DNA from: an uncultured SAR86 cluster bacterium
GTDB taxonomy: Bacteria; Pseudomonadota; Gammaproteobacteria; Magnimaribacterales; AG-339-G14
Length of the DNA: 64,000 nt
Direction: 5' to 3'
Assembly (NCBI GenBank): GCA_902524805.1
Contig: CABZES010000005.1
Location: 24,121-88,120 of the forward strand
The notes beneath the pieces are model-generated. The model saw only the letters and a program-made list of their open reading frames with translations, was not told the DNA's origin and did no database searches. The stretch's first letter is position 1. Every line of letters begins with the position of its first letter. The position numbers and the translations under genes are program-made. Below, piece after piece: positions 39,789 to 47,647 of this stretch.

Positions 39789-40796
39789 TTAGCCGTTTCT
39801 ACTGTCGCCAAAAGTATCAAAATTAATGTCAGGTCCCCATTGTGACGGACCTGGTCCATCAGATTCTAGACCGTCTTCAGTAACATTAACGTCATTTGGA
39901 GGAATAGTATTGTCAAAGTAATCACCATCGGTTTGATGTTCATGTGTTTGTTTAAATGGACTTCTCCAATAATCAAATACTTGTGCTCCTTGATAGTGTC
40001 TTCCTACTCCCCATTCTAATTCATAATCAAATTCTTCTTTGTTTCGTTGTAAAATTTCATGACCTCTTAAAACATCATCAATTTGTAACATTTCAAAAGA
40101 AACATGATTTAAACCTGGCTTTCCTTCAGAAAGCATTGCAGGCAGCCAAAAGATTGTATGATGATCTGCTGGTTCGAGACCTTTGTCTAATCTAGCAAAA
40201 ATTCCCATCAATGGCGTATCGGGATTTTTTGGATCTCCTGCGTAAAGTTTGTCTGTTGCGATAATGCCTAAATGTTCGTTGTACCACTCAAGGGCAGCAG
40301 GTATATCATTCACATTGATTCCGTAATGACCAAATCTGACTATTGAGGGTGGAGCTCCTTTCACATATCTTTTTCTTTCATTTATTCTATTTATCTGACC
40401 ACCTTCATTGCTGGATTGAGGCACGAGAGCTTGATAATCGTCTCTGTCCTTAATACCAAAACAAACATCAACTCCAATTCCTTCCAAATCTTTGCCTCTA
40501 GAAATATATCCTCCACCTGGAGTTTTGAGTTCTTCGACATCAGAAAAAGCATCGGTTTTACTAATTTTTTCTAAATCCTCCATGGAAGAAGCAACATAAG
40601 TCGCCCCAAGAAATTTTTTTTCACCTTTTTTACAAACCTCTATAAAAGGCTGAGGGCCATCACCTCGCATAATTAACACATCATCAGTTTTTTCAACTGT
40701 GTGCATTCCAAAGTGCAATAAAAATTGCTCTTGGATATCTAAATCAGGACATTGCAATGTGCAATATTGAACTCCTATAGCTTTTATTACTGGCAT
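39789..40796 (-). CDS. Type I extradiol ring-cleavage dioxygenase (VOC superfamily, two-domain)
   Basis: 335 aa with His contexts HYGINV and NHVSFEM, and a GVGRHYQGAQVFDYWRSP block resembling the BphC/C23O G.GRH....F.Y motif. Confidence 0.78.
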   Translation of the reverse strand: MPVIKAIGVQYCTLQCPDLDIQEQFLLHFGMHTVEKTDDVLIMRGDGPQPFIEVCKKGEKKFLGATYVASSMEDLEKISKTDAFSDVEELKTPGGGYISRGKDLEGIGVDVCFGIKDRDDYQALVPQSSNEGGQINRINERKRYVKGAPPSIVRFGHYGINVNDIPAALEWYNEHLGIIATDKLYAGDPKNPDTPLMGIFARLDKGLEPADHHTIFWLPAMLSEGKPGLNHVSFEMLQIDDVLRGHEILQRNKEEFDYELEWGVGRHYQGAQVFDYWRSPFKQTHEHQTDGDYFDNTIPPNDVNVTEDGLESDGPGPSQWGPDINFDTFGDSRNG

Positions 40797-41596
40797 TATT
40801 TTTCCTCCATTAATTTTAATGCTTCTTCTTTTACTTCTCCTCCAAAAGTACCCATCATATGTACTAGTGGTGGTGGAAGAAGATTTGTTACAGCTTTATC
40901 AAAAAATTCTAAATCTTTAACTTTTTGATACCAATTATTTATTTTTGGTCTTTTGTCTTTGCTGAATGCTTCAGAAAGAGATAAATGATCAAAACGAAGA
41001 ATGTAAGGAAGAGTGCAGGCATCTGCTAAACCAAACTTATCTCCTGCAATCCATCCACTATCTTCAATAATATTCTCCAAATGGTCCAAAAATTCTCCCG
41101 CTTTTTTTAATGAATTTATTACAATTGGCGCTTCTATACCTTCTTCCATGGTTTCTTTTCTTGCTTGTCTTTTAACAGGATCTGGAATGCTATCTAAATC
41201 TGCTTGTTTTTCTTCATCAGACTTATCCATTTGTAAGCGTCTGACAGCAATGCCATAAGTTATGGGACCAGTATATTGTTGAAAATTATCAATTTCTTTC
41301 ATCCATAATCTCACTTTATGGATATCTTCAGGGGAAGAGGGCTTTGCTGGAATTTCTGGGAATGCATCATCTAGATATTCTAGAATTAGATTTGACTCAA
41401 TTAAAACTCCATTATTAGTCACCAAGGTAGGAACGACATGATTTGGATTAAGTTTTACATATTCAGGATCATGCTGCTCTCCAGCTAACAAGTTAACTTC
41501 TTTAGATTTATATGGAAGTTTTTTTAATTCCAGAATTAATCTTACTTTTTGTGAACAAGTTGAAGGTCCATGATGATAAAGAGTTAAATTCGTCAT
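40796..41596 (-). CDS. Glutathione S-transferase family protein
   Basis: 266 aa with N-terminal thioredoxin-like GST domain (LYHHGPSTCSQKVRL...NPNHVVPTL...ESNLILEYL). Its stop overlaps the dioxygenase start (TAATG). Confidence 0.85.
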   Translation of the reverse strand: MTNLTLYHHGPSTCSQKVRLILELKKLPYKSKEVNLLAGEQHDPEYVKLNPNHVVPTLVTNNGVLIESNLILEYLDDAFPEIPAKPSSPEDIHKVRLWMKEIDNFQQYTGPITYGIAVRRLQMDKSDEEKQADLDSIPDPVKRQARKETMEEGIEAPIVINSLKKAGEFLDHLENIIEDSGWIAGDKFGLADACTLPYILRFDHLSLSEAFSKDKRPKINNWYQKVKDLEFFDKAVTNLLPPPLVHMMGTFGGEVKEEALKLMEEK

Positions 41597-41617
41597 TATG
41601 TAAATCTATCCTAATAT

Positions 41618-41630
41618 TGACATAGTGTCA
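41618..41630. promoter_or_regulatory. Small palindrome TGACA-tag-TGTCA overlapping a TTGACA -35-like hexamer
   Basis: Read directly from the sequence. Lies 22 nt upstream of the GST operon start codon (minus strand), in the 206-bp divergent region. Confidence 0.3.
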
Positions 41631-41693
41631 CTTTTTAAATCATTTAAATAATTTTATCATTTTTTTTTGTTTACTTTTAAAGCTAAACCTTTT

Positions 41694-41721
41694 AATGTGA
41701 CAATTGACAATGTGTCACATT
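41694..41721. promoter_or_regulatory. Inverted repeat AATGTGACA-N10-TGTCACATT (candidate operator) enclosing a TTGACA hexamer
   Basis: Perfect 9-bp arms. The spacer attgacaatg contains TTGACA. Lies about 80 nt upstream of the first tandem receptor gene. Confidence 0.35.
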
Positions 41722-41802
41722 CATTGATTTGTGTCTACTTTGTTACTTTTACTTGGATGAGTAAGAGATATTTTAAAATACCTATCTTTCAAAGGGGGAG
41801 AT

Positions 41803-44295
41803 ATGATCAATTTCAAACGCATTGTTACGCTCGTCGTACTTTTTGCTACACCTATGGCTATTGCACAAGATGCAGTATTCGAAGAACTGACAGTTACAGC
41901 TCAGAAGAGGACTTCTACTGTAATGGATACCGCAGCAGCCATTGCTGCTATTTCTGGAGATGATCTCCAAGAAAGAGGAATCAGAAATATTAATGACCTG
42001 GACCAACTTTCACCTGATCTTGTAATAGGTGGAGAAGGAATTCAAAGGAAACAAATTAGAATTAGAGGGGTTGGAACTTATAGTTTTGATATTGCTGCCG
42101 ACCCATCTGTAGCAATTGTTATTGATGGTGTTGCTCAACCTAGAGCGACAACTAATACATCATCTTTCACTGATCTAGAACGAATTGAAATTCTTAAAGG
42201 TCCTCAAGGTGCGATTTATGGTGTTAACTCTATTGGTGGAATAATTAATATGGTCACTAAGAAACCAGTTGGCGGACAAGCCGGAAGAGTTATTCTTAAA
42301 ACAGGTGATAACGGTCAAGAAGGTCTTTCTTTTACTTACGAAAATGATTTAAGTAATTCTGTGTCAGGTAGATTTCACCTTTCATCTTCTCAAGATGATG
42401 GTTTATCGTTTGATGAAGTAACTGGTTTGAACGATGGAATTGATCAACAATCATTGAGAGCAACTTTTTATGGCTCTACCGATTCAGGAATGAATTGGAC
42501 CGCTGCTTTTGGGCATAGTAAAACTAATGTCGATGCGCAAATAATGGAACAATTATTCACTTGTAATACCTTAAATGGTGCCTCTCACTGGTTACCGGTT
42601 TTCTCTGCAGGAGCTACAAATCCTAATAATATTTGTACTACTTTAGCTCCTCCTACATCACAAAATACGCTAGGTGAGGTAAATCTTGAAAATGCTCTTG
42701 TTAAAGCTGCGTACGCAAGTCAAGAATCACAACCTTTATCGGTTCCTGGTTTTGCATCTATGGAAGGCATGACTGCTAGTCTAAACATGAGTAAAGATTT
42801 TGATGATTATAGTGTTACAACAATCATTGGAGCTACCAAAACCAATTCTGCTGAATTAAGAGACTTTGATGCAACAACTGCAGCTGCTCTTACACAAGGT
42901 CATCACTCAATGACTAATACAACAAGTATTGAAGTGAGAATTGATTCGGATGATTCAGTCAAATATCCATGGTCCGTTGGAGTTTATGGCTTAAGAGATC
43001 AAGGTTATAGAGAAGACAACTTTACTTCTTTCCCTCAAAGTGTACAAAACGTTTTATTTGGTTTTGGTGCAGCAGGAGCAGCAGTAGGTTTAGCTCCAGC
43101 ACCACCTAATTACGCTGCTATTTTATCTGCCATGCAAGCTTGTGTTGTTTCTGGTGATTGTCAGGCTTACTACGCTGGTGGTGCTAATCCGGTAGCAAGA
43201 ACAGCTGCAATGGTGGGTGGTCAATTTGTTACCCAACAAGATGTTGATAATTTAGTTAATGCAGTAACTGGAAAATTTGACAATATAGCAAGAATGGGGA
43301 TCAAAACATCTTCATCCGCAGTATTTGGAAATATTAAATTTCCTTTAGCCGATAACTTAGAATTATTTGTTGGTGGAAGATACTCTATACACGATAAACC
43401 TTATACTTATGAAGGAAAGACTAATGCTACAAATGCCCCATTAGTTGTAGTACCTTACACAACAAGTGGAGGTCTAACTGCAAGAGAATTCGATCCAAAA
43501 GTTACACTTGAATATACACAAGGAGATAGTTTGTCTTGGGTAACATATTCAACTGCTTACAAATCTGGAGGTCCTAGATTTGCCCAATGGACAAAAGCTA
43601 CAGCTGATATCACTTACGCACAAGAAGAACTTGAAATGATTGAAGTTGGTTACAAAACTGACCTTAATGGTGGAAGCAGCCAACTAGAGTTTACTGCGTA
43701 TAATTACGACTATACTGACAATCAACAACTATTGGTTTGTGTCCAGAATGGATCTCCGAGTGGTTGTGTAGTTACGGGTGATGCAATTGTTCAAGGACTT
43801 GATTTAACATATCGAACTTATTTATCCGATAAAACATCTTTTGGCGGAACTTACGCATTTGTGGATGCGACTTGGGATAGATTCTGTGATACAGCTGCTG
43901 CTCCTGCGACAGAAGCAAATCCATGCGGAATTAACAGAAAAGGTCAAACCTTACCTTTTTCAGCTGAAAATAATTTAAGCATGAATATTCAGCATATAGA
44001 AAATATGGACATGGGTGAATTAACTTTGACGGCTGCTGTCTCTTATAAAGATGAATATTCAGTTACGTTAGGTAAATGGCCTGGTGTTTCAACTGTCGAA
44101 GATTTAACTAAACTTAATTTGAGTGCAGAGTTAGCTTCGCCAGATGGCTGGAACTTGAGCTTAGTTTGTACAAACTGTACTGACGAAATATACCAAGCAA
44201 ATGGTTTGCAAGGTGTCCGAGCACAAGGTGGTGGTTACCGTTATGCTAATGCTGAACGAAGAAGAATTGGACTTAGTTTAGAAACTAATTTCTAA
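41803..44295 (+). CDS. TonB-dependent outer-membrane receptor (tandem paralogue 1)
   Basis: 830 aa with SD GGGGGAG, signal peptide, plug motifs (IRIRGVG, IVIDGVAQPR, LERIEILKGPQGAIYG) and C-terminal ...LETNF. Confidence 0.9.
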   Translation: MINFKRIVTLVVLFATPMAIAQDAVFEELTVTAQKRTSTVMDTAAAIAAISGDDLQERGIRNINDLDQLSPDLVIGGEGIQRKQIRIRGVGTYSFDIAADPSVAIVIDGVAQPRATTNTSSFTDLERIEILKGPQGAIYGVNSIGGIINMVTKKPVGGQAGRVILKTGDNGQEGLSFTYENDLSNSVSGRFHLSSSQDDGLSFDEVTGLNDGIDQQSLRATFYGSTDSGMNWTAAFGHSKTNVDAQIMEQLFTCNTLNGASHWLPVFSAGATNPNNICTTLAPPTSQNTLGEVNLENALVKAAYASQESQPLSVPGFASMEGMTASLNMSKDFDDYSVTTIIGATKTNSAELRDFDATTAAALTQGHHSMTNTTSIEVRIDSDDSVKYPWSVGVYGLRDQGYREDNFTSFPQSVQNVLFGFGAAGAAVGLAPAPPNYAAILSAMQACVVSGDCQAYYAGGANPVARTAAMVGGQFVTQQDVDNLVNAVTGKFDNIARMGIKTSSSAVFGNIKFPLADNLELFVGGRYSIHDKPYTYEGKTNATNAPLVVVPYTTSGGLTAREFDPKVTLEYTQGDSLSWVTYSTAYKSGGPRFAQWTKATADITYAQEELEMIEVGYKTDLNGGSSQLEFTAYNYDYTDNQQLLVCVQNGSPSGCVVTGDAIVQGLDLTYRTYLSDKTSFGGTYAFVDATWDRFCDTAAAPATEANPCGINRKGQTLPFSAENNLSMNIQHIENMDMGELTLTAAVSYKDEYSVTLGKWPGVSTVEDLTKLNLSAELASPDGWNLSLVCTNCTDEIYQANGLQGVRAQGGGYRYANAERRRIGLSLETNF

Positions 44296-44304
44296 GTCTA
44301 ATAT

Positions 44305-44338
44305 AAAAAAAAACGGCATCTTTAGGTGCCGTTTTTTT
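44305..44338 (+). terminator. Rho-independent terminator
   Basis: AAAAACGGCA-tctttagg-TGCCGTTTTTTT. Confidence 0.75.
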
Positions 44339-44457
44339 ATAAAAAAATGAATGCAAAAGGTTTACAAAACCATCAATTAAAGTAGATTTACGTTACTTAA
44401 AAATAGTATTTAGTTAAAAAAGGCAATAATTAAGCCAATTTCAACCTGGGGGAAGAA

Positions 44458-46968
44458 ATGAATAAAACAATAAACTTAGTAATTATTTCTTTATTTGCTT
44501 TTGCATCTGTAGTTACTTCTCAATCTGCCGTGTATGAGGATTTGGTAGTAACAGCAACCAAAAAAGAATCTTCATTAATGGAAACTCCCGCGGCTATTGC
44601 GGCAATAGCTGGTGACGATCTTAACAATCGAGGTATTAGTGATATTTCTGGACTAAATCAGTTAACTCCTGACCTAGTGATTGCAGGAGAAGGTCACTCA
44701 AGAACAAATGTTAGGATTAGAGGTATAGGAACTTACGGGTTTACTTCTTCAGCTGACCCATCATCTGTTTTAGTAATAGATGGCGTAGCTCAACCAAGAA
44801 TATCTAGTGCAAAACATGCTTTTAGAGATTTAGAAAGAATTGAGATATTAAAAGGACCTCAAGGAGCGCTTTATGGGACTAATGCTTTGGGTGGAATTAT
44901 TAATATTGTAACCAGAAAACCTATTGGAGGAGAATCGGGTTCCTATTCTATAGCAACAGGAAATAATGACGATTCAGATATTTCTCTATCCCTTGAAACT
45001 GATTTAAGCGATTCTACGTCTGTAAGGATATCTCTTGCTCGTGGTTACGATGCTGGTTTAGCTTATGAAGAGTTAACTGGTCGTGACGATGGCGTTGAAT
45101 ATACTTTTGGAAGAGTAGCTCTTTTTGGCACTTACGAAAACGGAACAGAGTGGAGCTCTTCTTTTAGTCACTCCAAAGACAATCAATATGCTGCTGTTTC
45201 TGAACAAGACTTTTTATGTAACTCAACAAATGCTGCTACAGAGTTATTAATTGTTGCTGCAGTCGCTCCACTTGGCTCCGTGTTTTGTAAGACTGTTAAT
45301 AATAGTACAGCCAAATCAGACATTATAAAAAGAGGCCAAGCTGATTTAACTAATGCTGTAGTGAAAGCATCTCTAGCAAGTAAATATGGTCAACCAATGA
45401 ATATTCCCGGTTATAACTTCTCTGAATTAATGAATTTCAGTTACAACGCTAAAATGAGTTTGAACGATATGACTTTAACAGCTCTGTTAGGTTATAACAA
45501 AGTTAATTCTGGTGAAGAAAGAGATTTTGATGCCACTACAATAAATGCTTTAAATCAAGGTCATCACGCTTCTTCAGATTCTACGACGATAGAATTACGC
45601 TTAGATTCTGATCCCTCAATAAGAACTCCTTGGTCTGTTGGGCTATATGGAATGAGAGATCATGGTTACAGAGAAGATCACTTCACATCATTTGGGCTTG
45701 GAGTTCCAAACTTTATAAGTTTTGGTGCAGGAGCTTTTGCATATATTGCAGGTAATCCTGGCACTGCTATTTCATTGCAAACTGCTTCACTGCCACCTAA
45801 TGCTCTTACAATTGGAACATGGTTACAAAATTGTGTGACTAATAATAGTCAATGCCAAGCTTATGCAACTCCTGCTGTGGCAAGACCAGCTATAACGGGA
45901 AGACAATACATAGACCAATATGATGTCAATAACTTTACTGGAGCTTTCACCATTCCTGGAGTCAACTTAGCAAGAGTTGGGCTAAAAACTCAAGCAACAG
46001 CTGTAAATGGAAATATAACTTTTCCTTTAGCCGATAATATTAATTTGCTTGTAGCTGGAAGATATTCTGTTCATGACAAACCATATACCTACGAAGGTAA
46101 AACAAACAAAACTGGACAAGCCTTATTAGTCGTAGAAGATTTTTTAGTTCGTCATGGAACAACAGAAAAAGAATTTGATCCAAAATTGACTTTAGAAATG
46201 ACAAATGGCGAATCTCTTTCTTGGCTGACATTTGCTACTGGGTATAAATCAGCGGGAATAGGATTTGCTAATTGGTCTCCTGCTGATGCAAAAAAACCTT
46301 ATGCAGCAGAGAAGTTAGAAATGATTGAACTTGGATACAAAACTACTCTTTCTGAAGGCAGCGCTCAATTAGAAGCCATTTTATATAACTACGATTATAC
46401 AGATCATCAGCAACTTCTAGTTTGTAGTACAGCTCAAGGCCCTGCTGGTTGTGTAGTAAATGGTGACGCAACATTACAAGGTATTGACTTGGCTTATAGA
46501 ACCTATGTTACTGATAATACAAGCCTAGGTTTGTCTTATGCGTTTACGGATGCAACTTGGGATAAATTTATCGATACAGCATGTTGTGGTGTCGGATCTG
46601 CTTATGATAGATCAGGACAACAATTACCATTTGTTGCAGAAAATAATTTACTTTTAAATTTAGAACATATTCAAAACCTTGAAATAGGTGATGTAACTTA
46701 CAATTTAAATTTATCCTACAAGGATGAATACTCAGTTCAATTAGATAGATGGGAAGGAGTTACTCTGGTAAGCGACTTAGTGTTAGTAAATGCCAATATT
46801 TCATTAATGACTCAAGGAGGAGTTGAAATTTCAACTTTTTGTACAAATTGTTCAGACGAAGAATATTTATCTGTTGCATTAATGGGAGTTAGAGCCCAAG
46901 GTGGAGGCGCAAGAACTGCCTATGCTGAAGGCAGAAGAATAGGCTTGCAAATATCTTCTGATTTTTAA
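44458..46968 (+). CDS. TonB-dependent outer-membrane receptor (tandem paralogue 2)
   Basis: 836 aa, collinear with the 41803 product along its whole length, including the plug motifs and conserved Cys pairs. C-terminal ...ISSDF. Confidence 0.9.
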   Translation: MNKTINLVIISLFAFASVVTSQSAVYEDLVVTATKKESSLMETPAAIAAIAGDDLNNRGISDISGLNQLTPDLVIAGEGHSRTNVRIRGIGTYGFTSSADPSSVLVIDGVAQPRISSAKHAFRDLERIEILKGPQGALYGTNALGGIINIVTRKPIGGESGSYSIATGNNDDSDISLSLETDLSDSTSVRISLARGYDAGLAYEELTGRDDGVEYTFGRVALFGTYENGTEWSSSFSHSKDNQYAAVSEQDFLCNSTNAATELLIVAAVAPLGSVFCKTVNNSTAKSDIIKRGQADLTNAVVKASLASKYGQPMNIPGYNFSELMNFSYNAKMSLNDMTLTALLGYNKVNSGEERDFDATTINALNQGHHASSDSTTIELRLDSDPSIRTPWSVGLYGMRDHGYREDHFTSFGLGVPNFISFGAGAFAYIAGNPGTAISLQTASLPPNALTIGTWLQNCVTNNSQCQAYATPAVARPAITGRQYIDQYDVNNFTGAFTIPGVNLARVGLKTQATAVNGNITFPLADNINLLVAGRYSVHDKPYTYEGKTNKTGQALLVVEDFLVRHGTTEKEFDPKLTLEMTNGESLSWLTFATGYKSAGIGFANWSPADAKKPYAAEKLEMIELGYKTTLSEGSAQLEAILYNYDYTDHQQLLVCSTAQGPAGCVVNGDATLQGIDLAYRTYVTDNTSLGLSYAFTDATWDKFIDTACCGVGSAYDRSGQQLPFVAENNLLLNLEHIQNLEIGDVTYNLNLSYKDEYSVQLDRWEGVTLVSDLVLVNANISLMTQGGVEISTFCTNCSDEEYLSVALMGVRAQGGGARTAYAEGRRIGLQISSDF

Positions 46969-46978
46969 TTAAATGTTT

Positions 46979-47010
46979 AAAAAACGGCATCCTTTGTGGT
47001 GCCGTTTTTT
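46979..47010 (+). terminator. Rho-independent terminator (near-copy of the one at 44305)
   Basis: AAAAAACGGCA-tcctttgtgg-TGCCGTTTTTT. Confidence 0.75.
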
Positions 47011-47030
47011 ATTTAATATAAAATAATCTT

Positions 47031-47645
47031 ATGGCATCAAATAAATTAAGCTCAAAAGAAAAATTAATAGATGCCGCTGTTTATCATTTAAATACAGAAG
47101 GCTTAAATAACTTTACTGCAACAAGCTTAACTAGAGCGGCTAATTTAGGATATGGAACTTTTTATAAATACTTTTCTTCAACTGAAGATGTTTTAGAAGA
47201 CGCCATAAAAAAAAGAATATCTGATTGGTCTCACTTAATCTCAGAGTCTAATAAAAATGAACCAGATAGGTTGTTTGCTTTTATAGAAGCTTTTTATAAA
47301 ACAATAATAGAATTAAGTAATAATTTATCAATGAGGTGGCTTCTGGAAAAACCTAATTATTTTGTTGAAGTTTATTTTGAATTAACGTTTCCCCATGCAA
47401 AAAAGGATGTCGAATCTGCCGTTGAAACAAATCAAATTTCTTCTGATTATTTAAATAATTTTGAAACCATTTTTAAACTTTATTTATGGCAGATGTGTGG
47501 AGCCTTATCTATGGTCGATGAGGGATCAAATTATAAAGATATCGCTTTAACTTTAATAAAATTAATTATTCCTTATGGCACAGATGAAGTTAAAATCGAA
47601 CAAATTTGTAAGCTTTTAGAGGAGAGAAATAGTAATAAAATTTAA
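47031..47645 (+). CDS. TetR/AcrR-family transcriptional regulator
   Basis: 204 aa with N-terminal HTH: KEKLIDAAVYHLNTEGLNNFTATSLTRAANLGYGTFYKYFSSTEDVL. Confidence 0.82.
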   Translation: MASNKLSSKEKLIDAAVYHLNTEGLNNFTATSLTRAANLGYGTFYKYFSSTEDVLEDAIKKRISDWSHLISESNKNEPDRLFAFIEAFYKTIIELSNNLSMRWLLEKPNYFVEVYFELTFPHAKKDVESAVETNQISSDYLNNFETIFKLYLWQMCGALSMVDEGSNYKDIALTLIKLIIPYGTDEVKIEQICKLLEERNSNKI

Positions 47646-47647
47646 TT

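Noticed and set aside
41667-42006. ORFs 41667..41963 (+) and 41782..42006 (-) across the start of the first tandem receptor
   Set aside because: They overlap the receptor signal peptide and plug region and the control region, and give Cys/Tyr/Arg-rich nonsense translations. The receptor frame has a strong SD and family motifs.
41597-44457. Riboswitch (for example cobalamin or TPP) upstream of the TonB-dependent receptors
   Set aside because: The leaders are AT-rich with no B12-box-like or TPP-like conserved cores visible. The leader of the receptor at 11374 is only 27 nt.
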